From positions 3,649,378-3,713,377 of the forward strand of contig CAJINV010000003.1 in the NCBI GenBank assembly GCA_905178155.1: a stretch of 64,000 nucleotides of DNA, written 5' to 3'. The notes under the pieces were generated by a model. The model ran no database searches. It saw only the letters and a list, made by a program, of their open reading frames with translations, and was not told the DNA's origin. Origin of the DNA: Amoebophrya sp. A120 (Eukaryota > Protista > Dinoflagellata). The position numbers were made by a program, and so were the translations under genes. Below, piece by piece: positions 38,101-50,100 of the stretch; within the stretch, counting starts at the first letter, position 1, and each line of letters begins with the position of its first letter.

Positions 38101-41100
38101 TGAAGCAACACCTGCGGCAGCGCCCGGGACTGTCGCGCCAGCACCACTACCTTGCAGCGGGCCGGTGGGTACAACCACGGGTGCTGTCGTGTTTCCTCCT
38201 GGTGCCCCCGCGCCAGCGGGACCCGCACCCGACAGCACACCGGCTCCTCCGGTTGTAGATCCTGTAGTAGACCCTGCAGCACCAGGCGCGCCCGCGGTTG
38301 CATTACCGCTGGGTGGTGTTTGCCTGTTTTTGTGTTCCTTCTTGCGCGTGGTCTTCGAATTGCGGTGCGTGGTGCTGGTCTTCATCGCTTGCAGCAGCGC
38401 GGCGTTCGTCTGCAACACATGATCGACGTGCGACAGCCTCGACGCGGACAGCGGCTCCGCACAAGACGCTTCGTGCTCCCCGAACTGCAGACCACCAGAA
38501 TCAATACCGACATGACGGATCTGCAAGAGGCCCGTGAAAGTCACGCCTTCCTTCTTGTTTCCCCCGAAGGCATTTTGCGCACCCCACTCGATTTCCTTGT
38601 ACACGTCCACTGTGGGCAGCGTTTGGTCCACCAAAGGCTCCTGCTTCCCCGCCGCCAAGTTGCAACTTGTATTGACGCGCTGCAGCAGAGCCTTCGCGAC
38701 TTCCTGCTGGGCCTCGATTAAGCGGAAGCCGTCCTTGACTTCCTTCCGGACGCGGTGTAGGGTCCACTTCGCAGCGGCGTACTTCTCCTTGCCTTCGGCC
38801 ACTTCCGCGAGGGACTGTGCGCGCAACCGGTCGTTTTCGATCCGGATCACCATCGCGGACACGGCGGCGTAGTTTCGCGCCGCCCGCCCCAATCTTGGCG
38901 CGAAGTCCGTCAAGGGCGAGGGCGCAGGGGGGCTTTGGACTTGCTCTTGCACCGCGTCCAGCTTACTTTCCTCCGCTGCCGCCAGCTCCGTGGTTTGCTT
39001 CTGCGCCAAGCCGGGCGCAGGATCGTCCGAGCCGAAGTTCAGCCCCATCCACGACGGCCACCCGGTCGAGTCCCCCACCCCCTGGGAGGTCTGCATTAAG
39101 GATACAAGGTTAGTGTCTCTTGTTCCGGTCGTGTGGGCTGCTAGGGATCCGCCGATCTCATTCACGCGGGTTTGCAGCAACACGAGGTCCCCTTGCGCAG
39201 AGCGAAGCGGCTGGTCATCGTCGTTCGCTTGCAACGCATCTTCCGCTTCGGACGCGATAATGCTCGGCGGCGTGACCGTGACGGGCGCTTGTTTCTTTCT
39301 TTCCTGCACTTCTGAGGATAATGGACTCGAACTTGACAGCTGCAACAAGGCAGCACCTTCCGGACCGCCGGAGTGTAGTTGTAAAAACTTTCCTCCCCCG
39401 CCGGCTGGTTGTGCCTGTTTGTCTTCGTCAGACTCCTCAGGGTCTTTCGATATGCCCATCATGTCGACGAACTTCTCCGTGTCGCGAAGCGAACCGAAGA
39501 CGACTTCAGCGACAACTTCCCGTGTGTTCTTCGAGTCCAACGCGAACCTCTCGCTGAGCAGCTGCACCTCCTTTGCCTGCGCTCGCGCGAGTTCCAGGGC
39601 CCACACGTCGGTGGTGTGCTCCGCTTTGTCTAGCTGCTCTTTCGCTCTGTCCTCCGTCTGCGCAGCATCGGCGTAGGCGTAGCCCAGCTTGAACACCTCT
39701 TTCATCTCCGCCTTCTCTTTGTTCTTCGCAAGGGCCCACTCATCTCCCGCGCGAAGCACATCCCCCTGTACCCGCAAAAATTCGTCGCGCGAGGATCGCA
39801 CGGCCGCGGTAGAGTTGCTCCACAGCTGCTCGTCCGCGGTGGCAGTGGCTGTCGCCTTGGCGACACTCGAGTCAACGAACAAGTTCTCGGTTCCGCGAAG
39901 CAAAAGCAGGATCTCGGCAATCTCGTTCTTTTCGTCGCCTTTGATGCGTTGCAACAAATCATCAAAAAAGCCGACCGCTGCCTTCATGTTCTTCATCACA
40001 TCGATATGCTCGGGCTTGGTTGTTTCATTTCCGGTAGTTGTGTTGGTCCCATTGCCTGTAGAAGTTCCTTGCTGCGCCGCACTATCGGCCGACTTCTGCT
40101 GCGTGCTCTTAAACGGAGATGCCTTCGGACTGGATTGTGCCTGCTGGTCTTGGCTGTTCTGCAGCTGCTGTTGTGCCTTCTCCGCACGAAACTCGAAGGA
40201 AGACACACGAAACCGGAGCCGCTTCTCTGCCGCGACCTGCAGACTCCGGACGTAGCGTCCGTGCCGCACATCCTGCAGCACCGTCTGCTCCGCAATCGCT
40301 GCTTCGCACTGCAGAGGGGGCAGAGGACCTGCGGATGATTCCTCCTCCGTCACGGAAGTCGTCCCAGCTTCCAACTGCTTCTCCCTCTTGGCCGCTGCAT
40401 CCTCCCTTTGGATCTGCGTGGCCCTTCGACAAGCTTTTTCCAGGCCCCGCATGCGCGCCGCCATGCGGGTCCGCACCGCGTTCTCTCGGTCTTTGTCGAC
40501 TTGTGCCGTCAGCATCGCCTGCCGCTTCCTGGCCAAAATTTTTCGTGCTCGGGTCACCCGCATGCGACTGTACATGCGACCCGAACTTACGACCGCACGC
40601 GCAAAGAGATGCAACATCGACTCCGCCTCGTCTACGAGCGTTTTGTTCGCGTAGTAGCTTCCCGCTACTGCCGCATCTGTCAGCAACACCTGTTGCTGCA
40701 GCTCGACCAAGTTCGCTTTGCCCCGGTTCACGAAATCCACCGACTCGCGGAAGGCAAGCTGGTGGCGTTCCGCGACCACTGCACTCTCCTCGACTTCGGA
40801 CTCCGCGGCTCCCAACGACAACGCCGCAGCCGTGAGGTCAGCCCGCTGCTGGACCAATTTCATGTACTGCTCGACCGCCCGCCGTTCTTCCCGCAGTTTT
40901 CGAACCAGCATCGTTTGGTTGGTGTACGCCGACCTTTCTTCCGTGCAGGACCGGTCCTCTGCCTGGTCCCAAGGCATCGCTTCCTCCTCAGTGGCATTCT
41001 GTCCCGCTCCGGCCGAGGGCTGCCCCGCCGTTGCACTAGCATTTGCAGTTGCACCAGGTGCTGCATTCGGGGCGGCAGCAGGAGGAGTCTGGTCCAGCTG

Positions 41101-44100
41101 CAGAAGCGCCAGCGATGCTGGAGCCGCGGACGGTGGTCCACCGCGGCTTCTACTGCCTTTAGAGGACGTCTTCCCCTTGCGCGCTGTGCTCCTTCGGGAC
41201 GAAAACGACAGCGGTGGCGACAGCGTCGTTCGGATGATTTCCAGCAGACTCAACGCTTTCTCCTTTTTCGCGTTCACCATCTCCTCCCGCTGCTTCTCCG
41301 TCATAATCCCCTTCCGCATGCAGGTCACCACGTCCTCCATACGCTTCAACAGCTTGGACTCCTGGAGCAGCAGGTCTTGCGTCGCCTCCCCCAGCGCGCT
41401 GACGGATTCGATGTACTCCGCGTTGAAGCTGAGATACCCCTGCACCTTCTTCTGCGCGTTCTGCAACGCCGTCGCCCGCGTGACGCCCAACAGCGCCTCC
41501 TTTACCTTCTTCTCGCGCACGAGGCGGTCCTGCGGTACGAGCCCGGGCAGGGCGCGCGCCTCGTCCGCTTTACTCTTCGCCTCAGAGGCCTTCTTGTCCA
41601 GCTGGGCGACCAGCTTCGTGCGCAACTCCGTGGCGGTTTTGGTCACCTCCGCGCGCCGCTTCTTCAACGCTGCTGCTTTTTGCTCCTTGATTTTTGTCTT
41701 CTCCGCGAGGTCCTCCTTCGCGAGGTCCAGGTCGATGATGGCGGTGGCTTTGCGATCTTGATTGTACTCCACGCGCTCGCGCAGCATGTCCTTGGTCGCT
41801 TGGGGAATGTCTTCGTCACTGTTCGCAAGCTTCCATAAAGATAAAATTTTGGGTATTGCGCGCGTGGTGTCGGCGATAATCTGCTCCTGCTCTGCCTTGT
41901 TGTCCTCTGCCAGGGTCTTGTTGACACTCGCTTCTGCGAGTTCCTGTAAAAATGTTGAAGGAGTAGAAACGAAATTGATGTGCAGAACGAGACAAAGTTG
42001 TGCGACCTTCGACAACCACACGAAAGGAAATTCGTATGATCTTTCTAAAGAAGTGTTTCAAGAAATTTAAGCTCACCGCAACAGGTGCCCGCAGTGAGTC
42101 GACGTCTTCAGAGAGCTTCTGCTGTGTGGTCCAGAACCTCGCTGCGAAGTCCGCGTCGTCAAATGCCTTCTTCAGGAAATCACGGTTCTTCTTTCCGGAA
42201 AGCATCACGCGAGCCAGCGCGGCCGCGCGGCGGTGCTCTGCTTCTGCGCCTAGAAACGCCATTTTCTTCGTGTTCCTCGTTTTCGCGGCTTGGCTCAGCT
42301 CCTTCAAAGTCTCCAGCATGGTCTTCTCAAACAGCTTCTTTTCCTTCATGTCCTCCTCCACTCGAACCCGAGTGGCCAGCAGGTGCGCCGCCGCGTACAC
42401 CCAGGGCGCCACGTCGGTTGAGTTTGGTTTGACTTCGTGAAACGCGGAAAAGTCCAGAATCTGTGCGCGCATCACCTTCATGGCCCCCAAAAGCGGTTGG
42501 GAAAACACGGTCACGTTTGCTGGCTTGGTGAGCTCACCGCGCAGGACCGTGGTTGTTGCATCGCACGAAGCCGGGTCCTCGCAGACGTTAAAGGATCCCT
42601 CCACTTCTTCTTGCGAAGTGCTGTTGACGTTGAATGTCACCGCGACGCGCCATCGCACGTAACCATTCGTCTCGTCTACCGCTTCTGGACCCGTTTTCTT
42701 GGCGCCCGACGGCACGCCAGGGAATCGATCGATGCGGAAGTCGTTCTGAAGCCTAAAATTGGTGTGCCCGGCTGGCAGCACCGCGGTCAGCGCCTTCTTC
42801 AACGCTGCGCGAACCGTCATATCGCTCCCCAGCTCGCTCCGGCCCAACGAGGGGAAAGTGGCCAAATAGGGCAACCCTGCTGGTTGCGCTGGGGCAGCGG
42901 CCGGCGGCGTCTGGCGAGCGTCTTCTCCCAGCCGGTATTTCTCGCTCAAGGATACGCCTCCGTCCTCTAACACCAATGCCGACGAGGGAGCGAAGCTTTC
43001 CATCGGCGCATCGTTCTCCGGGCTCTGCGCGACCGCGGACTGCAGCGCACTTAGGTGATTGCTATCGGAGAGCAACAGCTCGTCGTCGCGCATGTCGTGG
43101 AGTTCGCTGATGGCGTGTAGTGGCTCGCGCTGCGGCTGCGCCCCATCGGGATCTGTCACATCCCCCTCTTCCGCATCTGCCGTGGCTACCGCAAGGCCCC
43201 TCAGGTCGCGGACCTGAAGCAAACTAATGTGTGCTCGGTCGCGCTTGTCCTCCAGAATCGCTTCTAGCTCATCAACCACAGTCGCTTTCTTGTTTCCACT
43301 CGCAGTGGCCTTCGCCAGCTCCTGCTGCTTCCGCGTTTCCTGTTCTTGTTTCATATCCGCGTACGAAGTGGACTCCGTGCCGACCTGCAAAAAGAGCATT
43401 TCCGCACTGTGCCCTCGCGGAACTGATGACGGTGCTGTCGCTCCTACTGTGGAAGAAGATCCGGCATTATCCTGCTGGTCATTCAGATAATTGATCAAGT
43501 CGTCGTAGTCCTGCGGCCGAAGATCGTGTAGAACTGCATCCGCAACTGCCTCGGGTGCGGAAGACCCTGCCTGCGCGAGCTGCAGCATGGCCGCGCCTTT
43601 CGACTGAAGCATGCCAGCGGTTGGGAGGAAACTCTCGTCCCGCTGTAACAGGGTGACCGCGGCGGCCGTTGTAGCAGCAGTTGGAGTGGTTGCGGCCGGA
43701 ACTGGCGCTGCCCCCGCCGAGGCGGCGGCCGCTGCACCCGCCCCTGTTCCGGACGTCGCGTTCGTCGATTCCGGCACCCCGAAAAACTCGGCGACGGACT
43801 TGGCCGGAAAGCGGATCTCCAGCTCCGCGCGGACGAAGCCTTCCCCCCGCGCCACGGCCGTCTTTTCCACCGCCTGCTCGAAGGCCACCTCGCGTGCACG
43901 CAACCGATTCTCCGCGGCCTTCACGGCAAAACGCACATCCCGCACCGACGTGCGCGCCAGGTCGTCGGTTTGCTCTGCCAGGTACATCTCCATCTCGGCG
44001 GTCGTCAGATTCACCCGCGCCAAGGCGCGTGCGTGCGTCTCCTTCGTGCGGTTGAAGATGCCCAGCAACCGCTCCCGTTCCTCCAGCGCCTCCGCCTCCT

Positions 44101-47100
44101 TTTCCCGCGCCTTCACGGCGAGGTCGGAGAAGTCCTGCGACACCGTCAGGTTGAGCCCGCTCTCTTCGTTCTGCTTCTGGAGCGCCTCCTGTGTCTTCAC
44201 CATCTTTTCGGCCTCCGCGGCGTGCTGGTTCGCTTGCCGCGCCATCAACTCCTGCTGCGCCTCCGCGCGCTCCATGGTGTACTTCGCCATAATTGCCATG
44301 TCCAGGTCGCGGCTGCGGAAAAGCTCGGCCACCGCCGCAGTCACCTCCAGAAACGCGCGCTCCAGGTAAAAGCTTTGCCGCTCGGCCTGATCCATCACGC
44401 GCTTGTACCCATGGACGCGATACACCAGCACGTGGTATTACAATGAAAAATGCCCCCGTCCCCGAACTTGGAAGCATTTGTATTGCAAGAAACCTTTCCA
44501 AGTGAAACATTCGCCCTCATGCATCTATCAGCATCACAGGTGTGCAATCGTGAGTAGCAAAAATTTGTATTGCAAAAGACCCCAGCAAGAGCGGCGCTTT
44601 TCATGGAAGCGATGCGATACACGCCTAGACTCTGCATCACAAAGATTCAGACTCCTTTCATGCATGACAAAAAGTTTTCATTTGGAAACTTCGCATCACA
44701 AATTGTTGCAACTTTGGGGGTGGGGGCCTTTTTCACTGTAATACGTGGTAGGCTTTCTTCTCCTTCTCGATCGCGAACTGGATTTCCAGGCCCTTCCCCG
44801 AAATACTGGCTGAAATGCGCGCCGCGCGGGCCTGTTCGTACATGGCTCGCGCACCCGTGCTCGGCTCAAACAACGCTTTCCGAGCGTCCTGTGAGGTTTG
44901 TTTTAGAAACATCAAAGTGCATTGCTCATCTTCACATTTGTTTCACACGACGTGGGGGCATTTTCAAACTAAATGGTTGTCTACTCTTACTGCCCAACGT
45001 CAACACCGTGTACCGGCAGATCCTGTGCTAGGGTCTTGTCGAGCGCGGATTGGAATTTGTTCTGCTCCCAACCGAAGACCCGCAAAACTTTGTCCTTCAA
45101 GTCCTTGTGGACCGACTCGAGTTCCTTCAGAAAGTGCGCCCCCGCCTTGTCGCGCGCCTCGCGGGCCTTCTTGACCCGCTTGCCAAGCTCGATTGCAGTT
45201 CCGTTCGCGCGCGCAGCCGCAGCGGACCGGCCGACCTCGTCCGTTTTGTAATCGTGGGCCATCTCCGCATCCTCCTCTGCCAGAATGCGGGCGCGATCCG
45301 CGCGCAGCAGGTTTTGCTGCCCGATGAGGAGGATCCGCTCGGCGTCGGTAAGCCGCTTCTCCAACTTCTCGCGCATGTAGTGCTGCTCGTTCCGCACCTG
45401 CGCCGCCAGCTGTGCGCGTTTCCGCATCGCCCGCCCCAGCCCTTCCCGCTCGAGAAAACACTCCAGCACCTTCGCATCCACTGTGTTTCTGGCCACCACG
45501 GCCTCCGCAAGGAGGAACTTGTCAAGCAAGTCATCGCCGGCACCCAGGGCCTTCATCTGCGCATTCATCGCCTTCCGCCACAGCCCTTCCGTTTCCTCGT
45601 CGCACGTCGCGACGCGCTTGTCCGCGGCGAACACCTCCTTCCACTGCAGGTCCACATCCGTCCATTACAATGAAAAATGCCCCCACCCCCGAACTTGTGA
45701 GCATTTGTATTGCAAACCTTTGCAAATGAAACATTCGCCCTCTTGCATCTATCAGCATCACAGATTTCCAATCGTGAATAGAAAAAATTTGTATTGCGCA
45801 AGATCCCAGCAAGAGCGGCGTTTGTCATGCAAGCAATGCGATATACGCCTAGACTCTGCATCAGAAAGATTCATAGTCCTTTCATGCATGACAGAAAGTT
45901 TTCATTTGGAAACTTTGCATCACAAATTACTACAACTTTGGGGGTGGGGGCATTTTTCATTGTAATACCGTCTTCGAACTGCGGTACGCCCAGCTGTCTG
46001 CGAAATCCATTTTCGACGCCGCCGCCTGCAGCTTCAGCAGGAGAAACCGCGCTTCGTCCTGTTTCGCGGCGAAGACCTCCGCGGAAAGCGATGCTTCTGT
46101 GGCGGGACTGTCCGTGAGCGAGCTCAGCGCAGCTCCGGCGCCCGGCTGCGCCGCGCCGCCGTCACCACCACCTACGGCCGGCGCCTTCCCCTTGTTTTCC
46201 GCGCCCTTTTTGCTCCCCGCGGCTGGGGGAGCTTGTGCACCGGTCGCTAGCCCACTGTTGGAAGTTGCATACAGCTGCTTCAAGAGCAGCTGATACGGAT
46301 CGTCTGTGCTGGCGTCTGCCTCAGGCTTTCCAAAAAGTTTGGACCGGAACTCCGCGCGCATCAACGCCTGACTCTTCAGTAGACGCCGCGTCGCGGCTTG
46401 CAACTCCACGGTCGCCTGCTTGTACGTCTTCAACGCGTCAGCATGTTCGTTCTGCACCTTCTTGCGATCTTCCATGAACATCTTGGCATACTGCTCCAAA
46501 TACTCCCGATCGTCTTTCATCTCGTAATACTTCGCCTCGGCGTTCAGAAGCCTGTTTTAGCGCGATTGTAAAGCGTTGGAAGGACCACACGCGCTTCATG
46601 TTGTGCTGGCTAGCATGCCTCATGATCAAGACACAAACAAGAGGAGAATACTTCCGCTTTGAATCAGAAAGAAGTCGATCCTACCACTTGAGGCACGTCT
46701 TATGACATCAGCACAATATTTTCACTTTGTGAATCATGAAAAACAAGGTTCTACTGCAAAAACTATACGCTTTCTTCGCTTGGACCATGCTGTATTGCTT
46801 CACCTTAGCCTTGTCGATACACTTGTCGTGGTCGTTTGGATCGATCAACGCTGAGCAGATGTCGTGCATCGATTGGAAGGCTTCGCGCGCAGCGTAGAAG
46901 GCCTGGCGTTCCTGGAGCAACACCTTCCACTGCTCGCGAATCGCCGCCTCCGTTTGGTCCGTCTCGTCCACGATCTGGGTCCGGAGTTCCGACTCGTGCT
47001 TCTGCAGCTGGGCCATGGCCTTGTAGGTGCTATCTCGGGCCGCTTTCTTGTTCTCCTTGTTGCGATCCAGGGTCTGCTGGGCCTGCGCCAGCGCGCGGTT

Positions 47101-50100
47101 GGCGTCCGCCACCCGCTGCCCCGCTTCCTTCTGCAACCGCACGGCGGTGTTGTACTCCGCGATCGCCTCCGCCTTGCCCACGTACGCCTCGCCCTCTTCG
47201 CGCAGGATCTTTTCGTTCCCGAGCTTCTCGTTCACCTTCGTGACGTTCGCCCCGCAGGCTTCCGCGTTCACGCCCGCCTCCCCGCAGTGCTCCTCCACCT
47301 CGGCTTCCCGGGTTTGCTCCCCGGGTAACGGCGTGCTGGCGTCGACGTCTGGAGAAACGGACGCAAGTGGTGGTTGGCCCGCGGCCGCGGCGGCAGCACC
47401 TTCAGTGCCATTGTTCTCGGTCGCATTACCGCTACTTGTCACGTTCGAGACGTCCTGCTGCAGAAACGAGACCTGTGCGGCCGGCGCCGGCGGAGGCAGG
47501 TCGGGATCAATCTTGGCCTCCCGATTAGCGGGGAAGGTCACTCCCGCGCTTTCGCCCCGATCGACCACTTCCTCCAGCACACCAGTGGCGTTCGCCACAT
47601 TCTTCTCCGCGATCTTCGTCCGCGCTTCGCTCTGCTGCAGCACAACGCGGCTGGCCGCGATCTCGCTTTCGGCATTCGCGTAGTTATTCTTCGCGTCCAG
47701 GAAGTCCCGGGTCGCCGCTTCCTCGACCTCCATCGCCGTGGCCAGGTCCGCTAGGCTGACGTTCCGCGCGACCTCGCGGTCAACCGCCTTGCGCTCGCGG
47801 GCGGCCACGCGCAGGTCGTGCGAGAGGCGGTTCTGGAAGCGCGCGCACTTGACGCCCCAGGGCTCGCACCCGGACAAATCGAAGTCGTCGTCAAACCAGT
47901 GGGCCTCCTCCTCGATCTCCTCGTCCTGCAACCGGCGCCGCGGATCCTGCGCGGCCGACGCGCGGAGGAGCAGTTTCCGGATGGCGTCCACGGTCATCAT
48001 CATTTCCTTCACCAGCTTCTTCTGCGCCGCGTCGGTGGAGTAGGACGGCAGCGCCTTGGCCTTCTCCACCCGCTCCTGCATGTCGTCCACGATGTCCAGC
48101 ACCTTCCCGAGGTCCGCGCCTACGTCCACGTCCGTCAACGGGTAGGTGCTATTTGCGTCCCCCCACACAAACTTGTCGTACATATTGCCGCCCTTGGCGC
48201 CGACCGCCTTGCGCAGCTGGTCCTTCAAATCCTTGATCTCCTGCTGCAGACTGCCGATCAGGTCGTTCTTGCCCTTCAGGCCGGTGACCTCCTCCTCCGA
48301 CAGTTTTTCGCCCTCGTTGGCGTCCGTCCACCAGGTGAGCGACTCGCGGTTGTACTTCTCCGTCAACTGCCGCAGTTCGCTGCGCAGTATCCTGAGTAAA
48401 AATGTCCCCACACCAGGGTCAAGTTGGCAAATCTGCAACACAAATCTCCAACTTTTGGCTGTTGAGCATGACAAGTTTGGGCTCGTAGTGTGATCCTGTT
48501 TGGCTAGCGCAGCCGCATGACAAATTGACTACCTTATCCTGATTCCAGCATGACAAACTCCCAGGTAGCATTAAAAAGTGGCTGTCTTGGGGCAACGCAT
48601 GAGAAACATTTTCAGCATGCAGATTTGCATTACAACTATGAGGTGCAGACGTTTTTACATAGGATACGCAGCCGCGCGTTGTCAGCCTGGAAGTACTCCA
48701 GATCTTTCTCCGCCGACGCGTAGTCCGACTCCAGCTCCTGCCGCACCTCTTTGTCTTGCGTGTGCTCCTGGCGGTACTCGGTCAGCTCCCCCTCCGCGGC
48801 CGAGAGCTGGTTCTCCAACTCCGTCACGCGGCCCTGCAGAATACGCTCCTTGCCCGACGCGTGCGTCGTGTCCTCGGAATGGTTGTGCTCCTCCAACCCA
48901 AGCTGCGCCTGCACACTCCGCAACTCCGCCGTCAAAGTCGCTACCTGTTTACCAAATGTTCTACTTTTTAGCCGTAAGATTTATTTTCTCGTTGCGTCAC
49001 GACGTGCCCCCGGGAGAGCAGCGGATGCAAGTATCATCTTTAATTAAACCATTCTTACTAGTCTGCTGTAGTACGCTGTCGAAGTCGGGAAAACGCAACA
49101 ACTCGTACCTCTTTTCTAGCTGCCGTAAGCTCGGCCTCGTCTCGCAAACGACGTTCCCTGTTTCGCTTCTCGAGCGCCACGGTCTCGTAGATGATCGACT
49201 GGACCATCGGGTTGCCCGTCTTCATGATTTTCCCAATGTTTTCCTGGACGTCCTTCTGCAAGGAGTCGTCTGTTTTGAAAACAAGAATTGCATGCGACTT
49301 TGCTTTCCATTGTAATGCGGATGCGTCAACAAGTTGCGAAACTACAAAGATGAAACACCGCAGAAATCTTCCTCGCGTACGAAAAAAAACACATACCGAG
49401 CTTTGACGGACTACTGCCAGCTTTCTCTCCTTGGGTTCCGCTTACCGCGGCTTCGTTCAAAACACCCTGCACCTGCTCCCGCATTTTTGCCACCGTTGCG
49501 CGATTGGCACTGAGCTCCGCCGTCATACCCTCGATTTTCTTGGCCATGGCGAGCGCTTCCGCGCGTTGCTGCTGCTCGTGCTCTACGTCTTCCGTTTTCA
49601 GATCGGTGTTCTCTTCCTCCTTCTCCTGCACCTTGCGCTTGAGCTCCGCTAACATCGTCCGCATCTCGCCCACCTGGCGCTGGGATTCCGCAGACGTGTG
49701 CTCCGCGGACCCGGTGCGTTGTCGGAACTGCTGCAACTGCTCCTCGTAAAAGTGCCGCTGCTCCTCGAGATGCGTCGTCAACTCCTCCACCTGTTTCGAT
49801 TGCTGCTGTGCGGTGGTGGTTAGATCACTTTTTTTCCGCTCCAATTTCGCTTCCTGAAAGGTTTTCTCCTCCTTCAGCTGTCGCTGTTCGTCCTGCAGGT
49901 GCTCCACTTCCGCCGTCTCCTTGGCTAGCGTTTGCTTGGTTTCTGATAACTCCTCTTCAACCTTCTTTTTTTGCGCCACTTCCTCCTGCAGGCGGCTGGC
50001 CTGGACCTCGGCGTTCTCCGCGCGGTGCCGGGCGTCCCACAACTGCGCCTGTAATTTCGCTATCCGGCTCGAAAGCTCTGTCGACGCCGCACTCGTCGCC

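Noticed and set aside
44889-45013. Apparent non-canonical intron using the CA|GTAAG donor near 44990
   Set aside because: An in-phase canonical donor, CCG|GTACAC at 45013, explains the junction. The same GTACAC donor is used at 56328.
44403-45965. Duplicated short ORFs (YNEKCP..., MQSLGVYRIA...) and the recurring peptide SNVKMSGSGR near 50750-50990 and 60340-60600
   Set aside because: These are translations of introner sequence and TIRs, not proteins.
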